A stretch of 64,000 bases of DNA, from contig CAVQBA010000004.1 of the NCBI GenBank assembly GCA_963710605.1, positions 1,024,001 to 1,088,000 on the forward strand, in the 5' to 3' direction. The translations under genes and the position numbers were made by a program. Positions within the stretch are counted from its first letter, which is position 1. Every line of letters starts with the position of its first letter. The stretch is from an uncultured cyanobacterium (GTDB lineage: Bacteria > Cyanobacteriota > Cyanobacteriia > Cyanobacteriales > Cyanobacteriaceae). A model generated the notes under the pieces. That model did not search any database, was not told the DNA's origin, and saw only the letters and a list, made by a program, of their open reading frames with translations. Shown one piece after another: positions 28,980 through 38,922 of this stretch.

Positions 28980-29390
28980 ATGAGAAAAACATTCAGATTA
29001 ACGCACCCAAAAATGAAAGTTGCCAGAATTGTAGAATCGATCAAACACGATGTCAAGAAGTACCTTAAAAGAGAGAGAAAAAAAGAGTTACCCGAAGGTG
29101 CAGATTTCTGGGATTTCAACTGTAAGTTTGGCGTAAATGCGGAAGAGTCAGAAACAATTCACCTGTCTGAAATTAATAAACTGATTGATGAAGCTCAAAA
29201 GAATGGATTAGAATCTTTTTATCTAGAAATTTTGGCTAAAGCTGGTTATAGACAGAAAAAACCGAACCCAACATCGCAAAGCGAAGATTTGAATGAAGCC
29301 CATACAGAAGGTACGATCGATAGAATACAAAATCCTGGAGAGCGAATATCAACCGAAGATGCCAAAAGGATTCTTGATGTGGAAGATTGA
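28980..29390 (+). CDS. DUF6172-like protein
   Basis: MRKTFRLTHPK...KYLKRERKKELPEGADFWDFNCKFG...FYLEILAKAG; AAGGA RBS. Confidence 0.7.
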   Translation: MRKTFRLTHPKMKVARIVESIKHDVKKYLKRERKKELPEGADFWDFNCKFGVNAEESETIHLSEINKLIDEAQKNGLESFYLEILAKAGYRQKKPNPTSQSEDLNEAHTEGTIDRIQNPGERISTEDAKRILDVED

Positions 29391-29437
29391 ATGGGATAGT
29401 AAAGCTCTTAAAGAAACTAAAAAGCTCGATCGATCGT

Positions 29438-29710
29438 TTAAGATATATCGGAAATGATATTAATTCCTTCAACAATCCTAATCGTGTTCAAATTATTTTC
29501 AGCAATAGGATAACCTTGTTTTGCAGATTTTTGATACCACTCGATCGCTTTTTTAATATCTACTTCTACTCCTAATCCTAGATGATATATATTACCTAAA
29601 ATACATTGTGCCTCTGAATTTCCTTCCTCCGCAAAAGGTATTAACAAACGTAAGGTTTCTTGATAATTCTTTTGCTTAAAAGCTTGTAAACCTTTTTCAA
29701 AATTAGACAT
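29438..29710 (-). CDS. Small Sel1-repeat protein
   Basis: GNSEAQCILGNIYHLGLGVEVDIKKAIEWYQKSAKQG. Confidence 0.85.
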   Translation of the reverse strand: MSNFEKGLQAFKQKNYQETLRLLIPFAEEGNSEAQCILGNIYHLGLGVEVDIKKAIEWYQKSAKQGYPIAENNLNTIRIVEGINIISDIS

Positions 29711-29746
29711 TTTAATTCTTTAATGTTTTAACAAATTATAAGTTTT

Positions 29747-29965
29747 TTATGCTACTAATTTGAGAATATTGGTCGGTAACTGATTTAAAGTTAATTCATC
29801 TAATTTAACTTTTTGACTAGCATTATCAATATCAATACCAACTATATTGCCATCTTCATCATAATCAGCAACAATTCCTTCGCTAATTTCTTCACTATCT
29901 ACACTAGCTTTATTTAATAAATCAATATAAAGAGAATCTGTATCAGGATAATAATTAATTTTCAT
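29747..29965 (-). CDS. DUF2283 family protein (putative antitoxin)
   Basis: MKINYYPDTDSLYIDL...GIVADYDEDGNIVGIDI. Confidence 0.88.
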   Translation of the reverse strand: MKINYYPDTDSLYIDLLNKASVDSEEISEGIVADYDEDGNIVGIDIDNASQKVKLDELTLNQLPTNILKLVA

Positions 29966-30204
29966 GGTTTAAATCTCCGATCGGTTCAAGCATTATGAAT
30001 TGTTATTTTATCTTCTAAAGTAATAACTCTTAAAAAACGATTATCAAATTCTTCTATCATTCCCCAAAATCGAAAACGATTATTTTCTTGTAACTCTATT
30101 TTAATCGGATTTTCAATGACATGGATACACCACTCTTTCTTTATGTACGGACGTTTAATTAAAACTTCATTTTCAAAATAATTAGTAAATTTATATTGTG
30201 TCAT
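29962..30204 (-). CDS. Putative RelE/BrnT-like toxin partner of DUF2283 (premature TGA at 29988-29986)
   Basis: KRPYIKKEWC...NRFRFWG...FLRVITLEDKITIHNA*TDRRFKP; the downstream stop overlaps the antitoxin ATG (ATGA). Confidence 0.7.
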
Positions 30205-30404
30205 TACGTATTACTCAGGGAACAAATTTTTTAAGGAAATAGGCATCAACGAATTTGCTGTCAATAGTTTATTAAACATTTATGACTTCGATTTAAGTAA
30301 TTATATAGCCGAAGATATTTTCAGCTATATCGTTACTTACTTAAAAAAAATATCTAAAAATACAGATCATTAAGAGTAAACGAGTTGTTTTAAACAGTTG
30401 AATG

Positions 30405-30490
30405 AAGTTCCCCATCCTTTGAAGGAGGAGGGGCTGTCATCTGAATTGACGTAACTATGCTTGTAAGCCCCGTGGGTTAGGGGTGGTAGA
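30405..30490. repeat. G/C-rich dispersed repeat carrying the 49-bp module shared with 11018-11066
   Basis: 30427-30475 is 43/49 identical to the reverse complement of 11018-11066. Confidence 0.8.
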
Positions 30491-30521
30491 GGATGTTCTA
30501 ACTTACTCGTTACTTGCTATA

Positions 30522-33518
30522 TTAAAAATTACCAGCTAAGGCTTCTTTACACCGATCGCAAATTAAAGGCTCATCAGTAAAACTACCCACGCTTGTGGAA
30601 TAATTCCAACATCGATCGCATTTTTCTCCATCAGCCGTAAACACACCTACTTTCAAAGAAGTTGAATCCCCTAACTCAATATCAGCTTGATAGTCGCTTT
30701 CGCTTAACGCCGACATATCCTCAACTAATTCCACTTGAGAAACTAACAACAAGTAACGTAACTCATCAACTCTATTACCATCATTAAGACTGACAGTCGG
30801 ATTAAGACTTTTCAACGACTCAATCAATTTAGTATCGTCTGAATACATCAATACTTTAGCTTCTAAAGACGAACCAATTAACTTAGCATTACGAGCGTTA
30901 TCTAAAACCTTATTCACCCCCGTACGAATCTCTCTTAATTGCTCCCATTTTGCCACCAAATCTTCGCTTTGAACCCAGTTTTGGTCTAATTTTACCCAAC
31001 CAGATTCAAAAATCGATTCTGTGGGTTTTTCGTAAGGAAGATTCTGCCAAATATCTTCTGCCATATGACACAATACAGGTGCGATCGATTTAGTAATATT
31101 TTCGAGTATGATTGCCATCACTGTCTGACAGCTACGACGACGAGGAGAATCAAGATTAGAAATATATAATCTATCTTTGGCGGCATCTAAATAGAAGTTA
31201 GATAAATCGACTACACAAAAATTCTGTACCTTTTGGAAAAACTTAAAGAATTGATAGGTTTCAAAAGCATCAGTAATCTCACTAAAAACAAGATGAGTTT
31301 GATGCAAAATATATTTATCTAACTCAGGTAAATCATCATAAGCGACAGCATCGGTAGCAGGATTAAAGTCGTGTAAATTACCTAATAAAAAACGAGCCGT
31401 ATTACGAATTTTACGATAAACATCAGCTAACTGTTTGATCATATTATTACCAATCCGCACGTCACCAGAATAGTCAGTAGAAGATACCCACAATCTCAAG
31501 ACATCGGCACCATAAGGAGGCTTTTCCTTTTTGTTATTACCACCGCTGATGATAAGGTTAGGATCGACGACATTACCTAAAGACTTACTCATTTTTCTGC
31601 CTTGTTCGTCTAAAACAAAACCATGAGTTAAAACAGTTTTGTAAGGAGCATGACCATTAACTGCTACACTAGTCAGAAGACTAGACTGAAACCATCCCCG
31701 ATGTTGGTCTGAACCTTCCAAATACAAATCGACAGGATATTTTAGAGCTTCTCTTTGCTTCGCCACTGCCGCCCAAGATGAGCCAGAATCAAACCAAACA
31801 TCCATGGTATCCGTACCCTTACGATAAGTTTTACCGTTGTTGCGGTAACTTTCAGGTAACAATTCTTCTACCGACAATTCCCACCAAGCATCACTACCTT
31901 TTTCTCTAACGATGTTTTTAACATAATCGATCGTTTCTTCATTTAATAAAGGTTCGTTAGTTTCCTCATCATAAAAAACAGGAATAGGTACGCCCCAATT
32001 TCTTTGACGAGAAATACACCAATCATTTCGCTCTTTCACCATTGGCGTAATCCGATTTTTTCCTTGGGAAGGAATCCAGTTAACTTCTTCGATCGATTTT
32101 AATGCTTGATCACGGAAACCATCAACAGAAGCAAACCACTGCTCAGTCGCCCGAAAAATTGTCGGTTTTTTGGTACGCCAATCATAAGGATATTTGTGAG
32201 CGTATTCTTCGTGTTTTAATAAAGCATTTTTAGCCGTTAAAGCGTCGATAATAGCTTGATTACCTTGACTGACTTTTTCATCACCTTTTGCAACTACCTG
32301 TAAACCAGCAAATTCTCCCGCTTCTTCGGTAAATTTACCTCCATTATCAACAGGAGAAAGAATGGGTAAATCATATTTTTGTCCAGTGATATAATCTTCT
32401 TGCCCATGCCCAGGGGCGGTATGTACCAAACCTGTACCCGATTCGGTGGTGATGTAATCTCCTCCTGCAACCACAGGGCTTTCTCTGTCAAATAAAGGAT
32501 GTTGATATTTACAATATTCTAATACTTCACCTTTGAAGGTAGTTTTAACAGTCAAATTTAAACCTAATGTTTGGCTAAGACTTTCAACCAAATCTTCAGC
32601 CACAATCAGGAATTTAGCCCCCCTTTCAAAGGGGGGTTTGGGGGGATTATTCTTATCGTCGGATTGTGAAGGAGGGTTAGAGGAATTATTCTCTTCTTCG
32701 GTTGGGGGGATAACTTCTACGACTGCATAAGTCAAATCAGGATTAATCGCCACAGCCAAATTAGCTGGTATTGTCCAAGGAGTAGTCGTCCAAATCGCTA
32801 CGGCTAAATCTGGGAAAAATTCTTGTAGTTGCTCTTTGGCTTTGTCTCCTAGTTTAGTTAAAGTGAAAGCAACATAGATACTAGGAGAAGTATGTCCTTC
32901 AGGATATTCTAACTCAGCTTCTGCCAAAGCAGTACGAGAGCTTGGACTCCAGTGGACGGGTTTTAAACCACGATAGATATATCCGTTTAGTGCCATCTGC
33001 CCGAATACTTCGATTTGAGCGGCTTCGTATTCTGGTTGTAGAGTTAGATAAGGATGTTCCCAATCGCCCCAAACACCAAACCTTTTAAATCCTTCGGCTT
33101 GTTTTTGCTGAGTTTCGATCGCAAAATCACGGGCTTTGTAACGCAATTCGATCGGTGTTAATCCTTTTCTTTCTTTTGATTTGAGACTTTGTAATACTTT
33201 AAGTTCGATCGGTAATCCGTGACAATCCCAACCCGGTACATAGTGGACGCGATGTCCTTGTAATAATTTATATTTATTAATAATATCTTTGAGAACTTTA
33301 TTTAAAGCATGACCCATATGCAAATCGCCGTTAGCATAAGGAGGTCCATCGTGGAGAACAAATAATTCTTTGGGGTTATTTTGACCTAATTTCTCATAAA
33401 TCTCTTCTTTTGCCCAATATTCCTGTAATTCTGGCTCTTTTTGGACTGCATTAGCTCTCATATTAAAGCTAGTCTGCGGCAAATTAACTGTATCTTTGTA
33501 ACTTTTATTCTCGCTCAC
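30522..33518 (-). CDS. ileS: Isoleucine--tRNA ligase (IleRS1 type)
   Basis: DGPPYANG-HMGH, PGWDCHGLP, WTTTPWT, KMSKS, C-terminal CDRC...CDRC zinc finger; GTG start at 33518 preferred. Confidence 0.98.
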   Translation of the reverse strand: MSENKSYKDTVNLPQTSFNMRANAVQKEPELQEYWAKEEIYEKLGQNNPKELFVLHDGPPYANGDLHMGHALNKVLKDIINKYKLLQGHRVHYVPGWDCHGLPIELKVLQSLKSKERKGLTPIELRYKARDFAIETQQKQAEGFKRFGVWGDWEHPYLTLQPEYEAAQIEVFGQMALNGYIYRGLKPVHWSPSSRTALAEAELEYPEGHTSPSIYVAFTLTKLGDKAKEQLQEFFPDLAVAIWTTTPWTIPANLAVAINPDLTYAVVEVIPPTEEENNSSNPPSQSDDKNNPPKPPFERGAKFLIVAEDLVESLSQTLGLNLTVKTTFKGEVLEYCKYQHPLFDRESPVVAGGDYITTESGTGLVHTAPGHGQEDYITGQKYDLPILSPVDNGGKFTEEAGEFAGLQVVAKGDEKVSQGNQAIIDALTAKNALLKHEEYAHKYPYDWRTKKPTIFRATEQWFASVDGFRDQALKSIEEVNWIPSQGKNRITPMVKERNDWCISRQRNWGVPIPVFYDEETNEPLLNEETIDYVKNIVREKGSDAWWELSVEELLPESYRNNGKTYRKGTDTMDVWFDSGSSWAAVAKQREALKYPVDLYLEGSDQHRGWFQSSLLTSVAVNGHAPYKTVLTHGFVLDEQGRKMSKSLGNVVDPNLIISGGNNKKEKPPYGADVLRLWVSSTDYSGDVRIGNNMIKQLADVYRKIRNTARFLLGNLHDFNPATDAVAYDDLPELDKYILHQTHLVFSEITDAFETYQFFKFFQKVQNFCVVDLSNFYLDAAKDRLYISNLDSPRRRSCQTVMAIILENITKSIAPVLCHMAEDIWQNLPYEKPTESIFESGWVKLDQNWVQSEDLVAKWEQLREIRTGVNKVLDNARNAKLIGSSLEAKVLMYSDDTKLIESLKSLNPTVSLNDGNRVDELRYLLLVSQVELVEDMSALSESDYQADIELGDSTSLKVGVFTADGEKCDRCWNYSTSVGSFTDEPLICDRCKEALAGNF

Positions 33519-33762
33519 GGCTATTTTATTTTTTCTAAATCGATTAGCTCTTTTGTGACAATTGTATCGTGAAGCAGGAAACAATGAGAATTGTTCAGTG
33601 CAAGAATTAAAAGTTGTAGTCAAGACTTTAATCCTTCTAGGAAAATGAACACTCTCGATCGTAATGATACAAAAGTTCACAATACTTATGAAAATATAAT
33701 ATAATTAGTAGGTAGTATTATATTTTTCTTACATAAACTAATTACAAATAAAGAGGTGTTTA

Positions 33763-34308
33763 ATGGTATCTTCAGAAATGACAAATAAACTTAACGAACA
33801 AATTGGCGTCGAAATATATTCCTCTCATATGTACTTACAAATGGGAGCTTGGTGTTCATACAAGTCATTAGACGGTTGTGCTAGTTTTTTGACTGCCCAT
33901 GCTGATGAGGAAGTTAATCATATGAAACGATTTTTAAACTACGTAAAAGAGATAGGCGGTTTGGCTAATATTGGTCAAATAAAATCTCCACCAGCTGAGT
34001 TTGATTCGATTGTAACTGTATTTGAAAAAATTTACAACCACGAGCAGTTTGTTACTAGTAAAATTAATGAATTAGTGACTTTAGCTGATAAAGAGTCTGA
34101 TTATTCAACACTTCAATTTTTGCAGTGGTATGTAGCCGAACAGCATGAAGAAGAAGCTCTGTTTAAAGGTGTCTTAGACAAAATCAAATTAATTGGTACA
34201 GAAGGACAAGGACTATTTTTTATTGACCAAGAAGTTGGTAAATTAGTAAAAAAAACAGACGAATCAGAAGTCGCTGAAAGCTTTGCCGTTGCTGAGGAAG
34301 TTAGTTAG
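33763..34308 (+). CDS. ftnA: Non-heme ferritin
   Basis: YSSHMYLQM, EEVNHM, HEQFVT, FLQWYVAEQHEEE; GAGGT RBS. Confidence 0.92.
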   Translation: MVSSEMTNKLNEQIGVEIYSSHMYLQMGAWCSYKSLDGCASFLTAHADEEVNHMKRFLNYVKEIGGLANIGQIKSPPAEFDSIVTVFEKIYNHEQFVTSKINELVTLADKESDYSTLQFLQWYVAEQHEEEALFKGVLDKIKLIGTEGQGLFFIDQEVGKLVKKTDESEVAESFAVAEEVS

Positions 34309-34394
34309 TTCATAGTTAATAGTTAATAGTTGACGGTTAAGAGTGAAGGATAAAAAATATTTAATCGTCAATTGTTAATTATTAACTTAGTTTT

Positions 34395-35270
34395 TCAAAG
34401 ATATTTTTTCAGGATAACTTCTAAGTCTTTTTTAGTTTGTACTGGTGCTTTGTCTAAAGGTGTAAAAACAGAGCTTTTAAGGGCTTGATGAGCCTCACTT
34501 ACAAAGTAATCGCTATTGATTAATTTGACTGTCTCTTGAATGATGTCTTGAGCATTTGCCGCATTTTTATGTAGGTTTTGGATAACTTGCTCAACGGTAA
34601 CATGATCGTGAGCTGGATTCCAACAATCGTAATCAGTAACAAGGGCAAGAGTTGCATAAGCTATTTCTGCTTCTCGTGCTAATTTGGCTTCGGTTAGGTT
34701 TGTCATGCCGATAATACTTGCTCCCCAACTACGATATAAGTTAGATTCAGCGATCGTGGAAAATGCAGGTCCTTCCATACAAAGATAAGTACCACCTTGA
34801 TGTAAGTCAATCTCTGGTAAATTAAGATTTTTGATTCCTTGTGCTAAAACATCAGCTAATTGCCCACAGACAGGATTACCAAAGGCAATATGAGCGACGA
34901 TACCGTTACCAAAAAAAGTAGCATCTCTATTTTTAGTCCGATCGATAAATTGGTCGGGGATAACTAAGTCTAAGGGTTTAATTTCTGCTTGTAATGAGCC
35001 TACTGCGGAGGCGGAAATGATATATTCTACTCCTAACTGTTTAAACCCGTGAATATTAGCTTTGAAGGGTAATTCTGAAGGTAAAAGATGATGGTTTCTA
35101 CCATGACGAGCTAAGAATACTACTTTTATATCATTTAGTTTACCAACAATAAAGCTATCGGATGGTTTACCAAAAGGAGTATCAAGAGCAATCTCTTCAA
35201 CTTCTTGTAATGCTTCCATTTTATAAAGTCCGCTACCACCGATGATACCTATTTTTATTGCTTCCATCAT
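34395..35270 (-). CDS. mtnP: S-methyl-5'-thioadenosine phosphorylase
   Basis: [33 protein letters not shown]. Confidence 0.95.
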   Translation of the reverse strand: MMEAIKIGIIGGSGLYKMEALQEVEEIALDTPFGKPSDSFIVGKLNDIKVVFLARHGRNHHLLPSELPFKANIHGFKQLGVEYIISASAVGSLQAEIKPLDLVIPDQFIDRTKNRDATFFGNGIVAHIAFGNPVCGQLADVLAQGIKNLNLPEIDLHQGGTYLCMEGPAFSTIAESNLYRSWGASIIGMTNLTEAKLAREAEIAYATLALVTDYDCWNPAHDHVTVEQVIQNLHKNAANAQDIIQETVKLINSDYFVSEAHQALKSSVFTPLDKAPVQTKKDLEVILKKYL

Positions 35271-35339
35271 TTATAGTTAAGAGTTAAGAGTTAAGAATTA
35301 AAAGTTGATAATTATTAATTGTTCATTACTAAGCATTTT

Positions 35340-36602
35340 TTATGGTGAATAATTAGGCGGAAATGATAAGGTGAATTTTGTCCCGTTTTTTTCTTGATTA
35401 TCAAGCCAACGATAAGGACTATCAACGTTAATTTCAAGGTTTATTTGTTCACATAATTGTTTGACTATTGCTAAACCTAAACCGCTACCATCTATATCAG
35501 AGTATTTTTGTTGACCTCGATAATGCCTGTCAAAAATCTTGCTTTGATCTTCAGGTGGAATACCATAACCTGTGTCGGCAACAGTAATTTGAGGAGAATG
35601 ATCTCGATCGTTATTAATTTCAATCAAAATACTACCATTTTTCGGAGTATATTTAACTGCATTTTCCATTAAATTATAGACAATCTCAGTCAAAGCTTTA
35701 GCGTTACTCATCACAGGAAATAAGTTCGGTTTAATTCGATCGTAAACAGTAATATTTTTTTCACTAGCAATAGTTTTGATCGTCTCGATGATGGGTGTGA
35801 CGACTTCTATTGTATTTGTGGGTGTTAAAGATTCGACATTTTCAGTTAAGAAAAAACTAGTAGATTGACTATCAGCTAAAGTATATGTTTGATAATCCTG
35901 TTTTTGCCACTGTTGATTAAAATCATTAATCAATTCTTTTAATCGATCGCCTTGTCTAATGATACTTTCACTTGTCTGATAATTAGAATCTTCAGGAACA
36001 ATTTTTCTTAATAAAACTTTAGCAAAAGTACCGATCGCTGTTAAAGGATTTTTAAGTTGATGAAGAAAATCATCTAAATGTTCATCTTTTAATTGTTGTA
36101 ATTTTTGAATTTGAGTATATTTTGTTTCTAAATGCTGTTGTTTTTGTTCTAAAAGACGAGCAATAGCAATAGTTTGAGCAACTTCTTTAATTTCAATTAT
36201 TTCATGAGACTGCCAAGACTCACTTCTACGAGTAGTTGCGAGTAAACCAAAAACCATATCTTGGTATAAAAGCGGTAATACTAACTGATTCGGACTAGTA
36301 TCATTAATCCGCTTTCGTTCTTGTTTGTCTGTCAGTAATTCTTCTTCTATAACATCGTCTAAAACATAACTCACCTTTTCATCGACAACAGTATCGAAAA
36401 AAGAAGGTAATAAATTTTGTTTGGAGATAGGAGATGAGTTAGGATAAACCACAACAGGAATCAATTTAGGTTCTTGGTGATAGTTTTTGGTTAAATAAAT
36501 CGCACTTTCTTGGACGAGAAAGTTTTGGAATAATAAACTAAGTTGAGATTCGCAAAGATCGATAAATTCATCACTAACCCTAATATCTTCATATTGAGGC
36601 AT
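35340..36602 (-). CDS. hik2: GAF-domain sensor histidine kinase, Hik2/CSK-like
   Basis: N-terminal EFIDLCESQL, H-box LHQLKNPLTAIGTF, NAVKY, DTGYG, GSGLGL. Confidence 0.75.
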   Translation of the reverse strand: MPQYEDIRVSDEFIDLCESQLSLLFQNFLVQESAIYLTKNYHQEPKLIPVVVYPNSSPISKQNLLPSFFDTVVDEKVSYVLDDVIEEELLTDKQERKRINDTSPNQLVLPLLYQDMVFGLLATTRRSESWQSHEIIEIKEVAQTIAIARLLEQKQQHLETKYTQIQKLQQLKDEHLDDFLHQLKNPLTAIGTFAKVLLRKIVPEDSNYQTSESIIRQGDRLKELINDFNQQWQKQDYQTYTLADSQSTSFFLTENVESLTPTNTIEVVTPIIETIKTIASEKNITVYDRIKPNLFPVMSNAKALTEIVYNLMENAVKYTPKNGSILIEINNDRDHSPQITVADTGYGIPPEDQSKIFDRHYRGQQKYSDIDGSGLGLAIVKQLCEQINLEINVDSPYRWLDNQEKNGTKFTLSFPPNYSP

Positions 36603-36655
36603 AGTATTGACTGACTAATTGATAATTATTTGAATTGTTTATCTATTATAGGTTG

Positions 36656-36685
36656 GGTTGGGTGTGGTTTCCTCTACCCAACTAC
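36656..36685 (-). repeat. GTAG-type REP-like hairpin
   Basis: Minus strand GTAGTTGGGTAGAGGAAACCACACCCAAC. Confidence 0.5.
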
Positions 36686-36705
36686 AGAATTTGAGATTAT
36701 TTGCT

Positions 36706-37806
36706 TTATTGATGAGCTATACAAGCGGTTAATTGTTGTTTAATCTTCTCTTCATCAAGATTTTGACCGATAAAAACCAATTTATTTTGTTTAGGTTGTT
36801 GGGGTTTCCACAAATCATCTTCGATCGTGAAACGTTTACCACTCAAATGAAATATATGTCTTTCGGGGCTTTCAATAAACCACAAAATACCCTTAGCTCG
36901 AAATACATCAGCCGATAACTGATTATCTAAAAAGTTTTGTAATTTACGAATATAAAATGGTTTGTCACTGACAAAAGAAACTGAGATAAAACCATCATTT
37001 TCTAAATGTGCCGAATGATGATGATGTTCGTGGTCATGATTATGATCGTGATCGTGATGAGCTTTTTCATCGTGGTGATGATGTTCGTGGTCATGGTTAT
37101 GATCATGATCATGATCGTGGTTATGTTCGTCTTCATTACTATCATAATACTTATCAGACTCAAACAAACCAACACTAAGAATTAAAGGTAAAGAAACTTG
37201 TGACTTTTTAGTTCGTATAATTCTCGCATCTGCTTTGATGTCTCTTAATCTTGTTTCTAATAAATCAACATCAGCGGTATCAACTAAATCAGTTTTATTA
37301 ATTAAAATAATATCACCATAGGCAATTTGGTTATAAGCGGCTTCACTGTTGAATAAATCAATACTAAAGTTTTCGCTATCGACTAAAGTAACGATCGAAT
37401 CTAGCCTTGTCATCTCTCTCAATTCTGTGCCTAAAAAAGTTAAAGCAACGGGTAAAGGATCGGCTATACCGGTTGTTTCTACTACCAAATAATCTACTTT
37501 ATCTTCTCTTTCTAAAATTTTATAAACCGCATCAACTAAGTCGGTGTTGATAGTACAACAAATACAACCATTACTTAATTCCACCATTGTTTCATCGGCA
37601 GAAACGATCAAATCATTATCAATACCAATCTCACCAAATTCATTAACTAAAACTGCTGTTTTGATTCCCTGTTGATTTTGCAATATATGATTGAGTAACG
37701 TGGTTTTACCACTACCTAAAAATCCAGTAATGATTGTAACAGGTAAACCATATTTAGGTACATCCATCCCTTCGACTGTTGGGGTTACTGATTTTACTTG
37801 AGCCAT
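36706..37806 (-). CDS. COG0523/CobW family metallochaperone GTPase with a His-rich tract
   Basis: GFLGSGKTT, NEFGE, GCICC, ETTG, NKTD, duplicated HDHDHNHDHEHHHH. Confidence 0.93.
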   Translation of the reverse strand: MAQVKSVTPTVEGMDVPKYGLPVTIITGFLGSGKTTLLNHILQNQQGIKTAVLVNEFGEIGIDNDLIVSADETMVELSNGCICCTINTDLVDAVYKILEREDKVDYLVVETTGIADPLPVALTFLGTELREMTRLDSIVTLVDSENFSIDLFNSEAAYNQIAYGDIILINKTDLVDTADVDLLETRLRDIKADARIIRTKKSQVSLPLILSVGLFESDKYYDSNEDEHNHDHDHDHNHDHEHHHHDEKAHHDHDHNHDHEHHHHSAHLENDGFISVSFVSDKPFYIRKLQNFLDNQLSADVFRAKGILWFIESPERHIFHLSGKRFTIEDDLWKPQQPKQNKLVFIGQNLDEEKIKQQLTACIAHQ

Positions 37807-38034
37807 AATAATTGCTATTTATTTTTTGTAACTATGCTATTTTTTGATCTTCAATCTTTATCATATCGTTCAATAATTAATAATTAATCATTAATAGTTA
37901 ATAATACTTCGATAATTCCATTAACTTGTTATGACAAGTACGAATAAACCTCAGTTTTTTTATTTTTAAGCAAGAATAACCAGTTTATTTGCTAATCATT
38001 AGTTAATAATTTCAGCTAAAATTTCTAAATTGAC

Positions 38035-38216
38035 GAAAATATTTGGTATCCTTGCCCCGTCGTTCACGACGGCTTTTTAGTTTTGTTTGCTATAATTTGA
38101 TACTATGTTAACTAATATCAAATTAATCCTGTGTTTGTTGTATAATATAAGGTCAGGGCAAGTAACTTCAATAAACCAAGAATCCCCCTTTTTCTTCTAG
38201 GGCGGGTAAGCGTCAA
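38035..38216 (+). mobile_element. Internally deleted IS200/IS605-family (TnpB-type) non-autonomous element
   Basis: Left hairpin CCGTCGTTCACGACGG preceded by TTGAC (38030-38034); right end AAGAATCCCCC...TAGGGCGGGTAAGCGTCAA ending in TCAA; only a short ORF stub inside. Confidence 0.6.
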
Positions 38217-38284
38217 GAAGCCTTCTTCGGAAGTTTGCTCTACATTATTTTCCGTTCGATTGCCCAAGTGCGATCTAGATAAAT

Positions 38285-38776
38285 ATGAAAACAGATTTTA
38301 ATAGTTTGAATCGTCAACCTTTAATAATTGCAGGTATATTACTCGGCTTAGGACAGGCGGGCTTTTTTGATGGAATTGTTTTTCATCAACTGCTGCAATG
38401 GCATCATATGTTTAGTAACGTTGAAACTACTAATACTGTTTTAGGCTTAGAATTAAATACTTTAGGTGATGGTTTATTCCATTTAGTGGACTGGCTATTG
38501 ACTTTGTCTGGCTTGATAGTATTATGGTTGACTATTAAAAGAAATGATGTAAATCTTTCTACTGCTGTTTTTATTGGTGCTTTTTGTATTGGTGCAGGAA
38601 TGTTTAACATCACCGAAGGTATATTAAGTCATCATATTCTTCAAATTCATCATGTCAAACCAGGAGAGCATCAGCTTGCATGGGATTTAAGCTTTATTGG
38701 CGGGGGGATTTTATCGGCAATTATTGGCGGGATAATTCTCAACCGCCCGACCAATCTTAATCTACCAAACGAGTAA
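38285..38776 (+). CDS. DUF2243 membrane protein
   Basis: GFFDGIVFHQLLQWHHM, DGLFH, EGILSHHILQIHHV. Confidence 0.9.
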   Translation: MKTDFNSLNRQPLIIAGILLGLGQAGFFDGIVFHQLLQWHHMFSNVETTNTVLGLELNTLGDGLFHLVDWLLTLSGLIVLWLTIKRNDVNLSTAVFIGAFCIGAGMFNITEGILSHHILQIHHVKPGEHQLAWDLSFIGGGILSAIIGGIILNRPTNLNLPNE

Positions 38777-38922
38777 AATAAGTCTATCTCGAGTGAGTCT
38801 AAATTTATTGAAAATAAACTTTAATCACACCTGAAATAGTCTCAGTCAACAACCAAGCGACTAAAATTCATCTTGTATAAGCATTATATCGAATTTTATC
38901 TTTTTATTTTGTTTAAGTACCG

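Noticed and set aside
37855-37905. Zur box upstream of the COG0523 gene
   Set aside because: AT-rich heptamer-like sequence with no convincing match to TGATAATNATTATCA.
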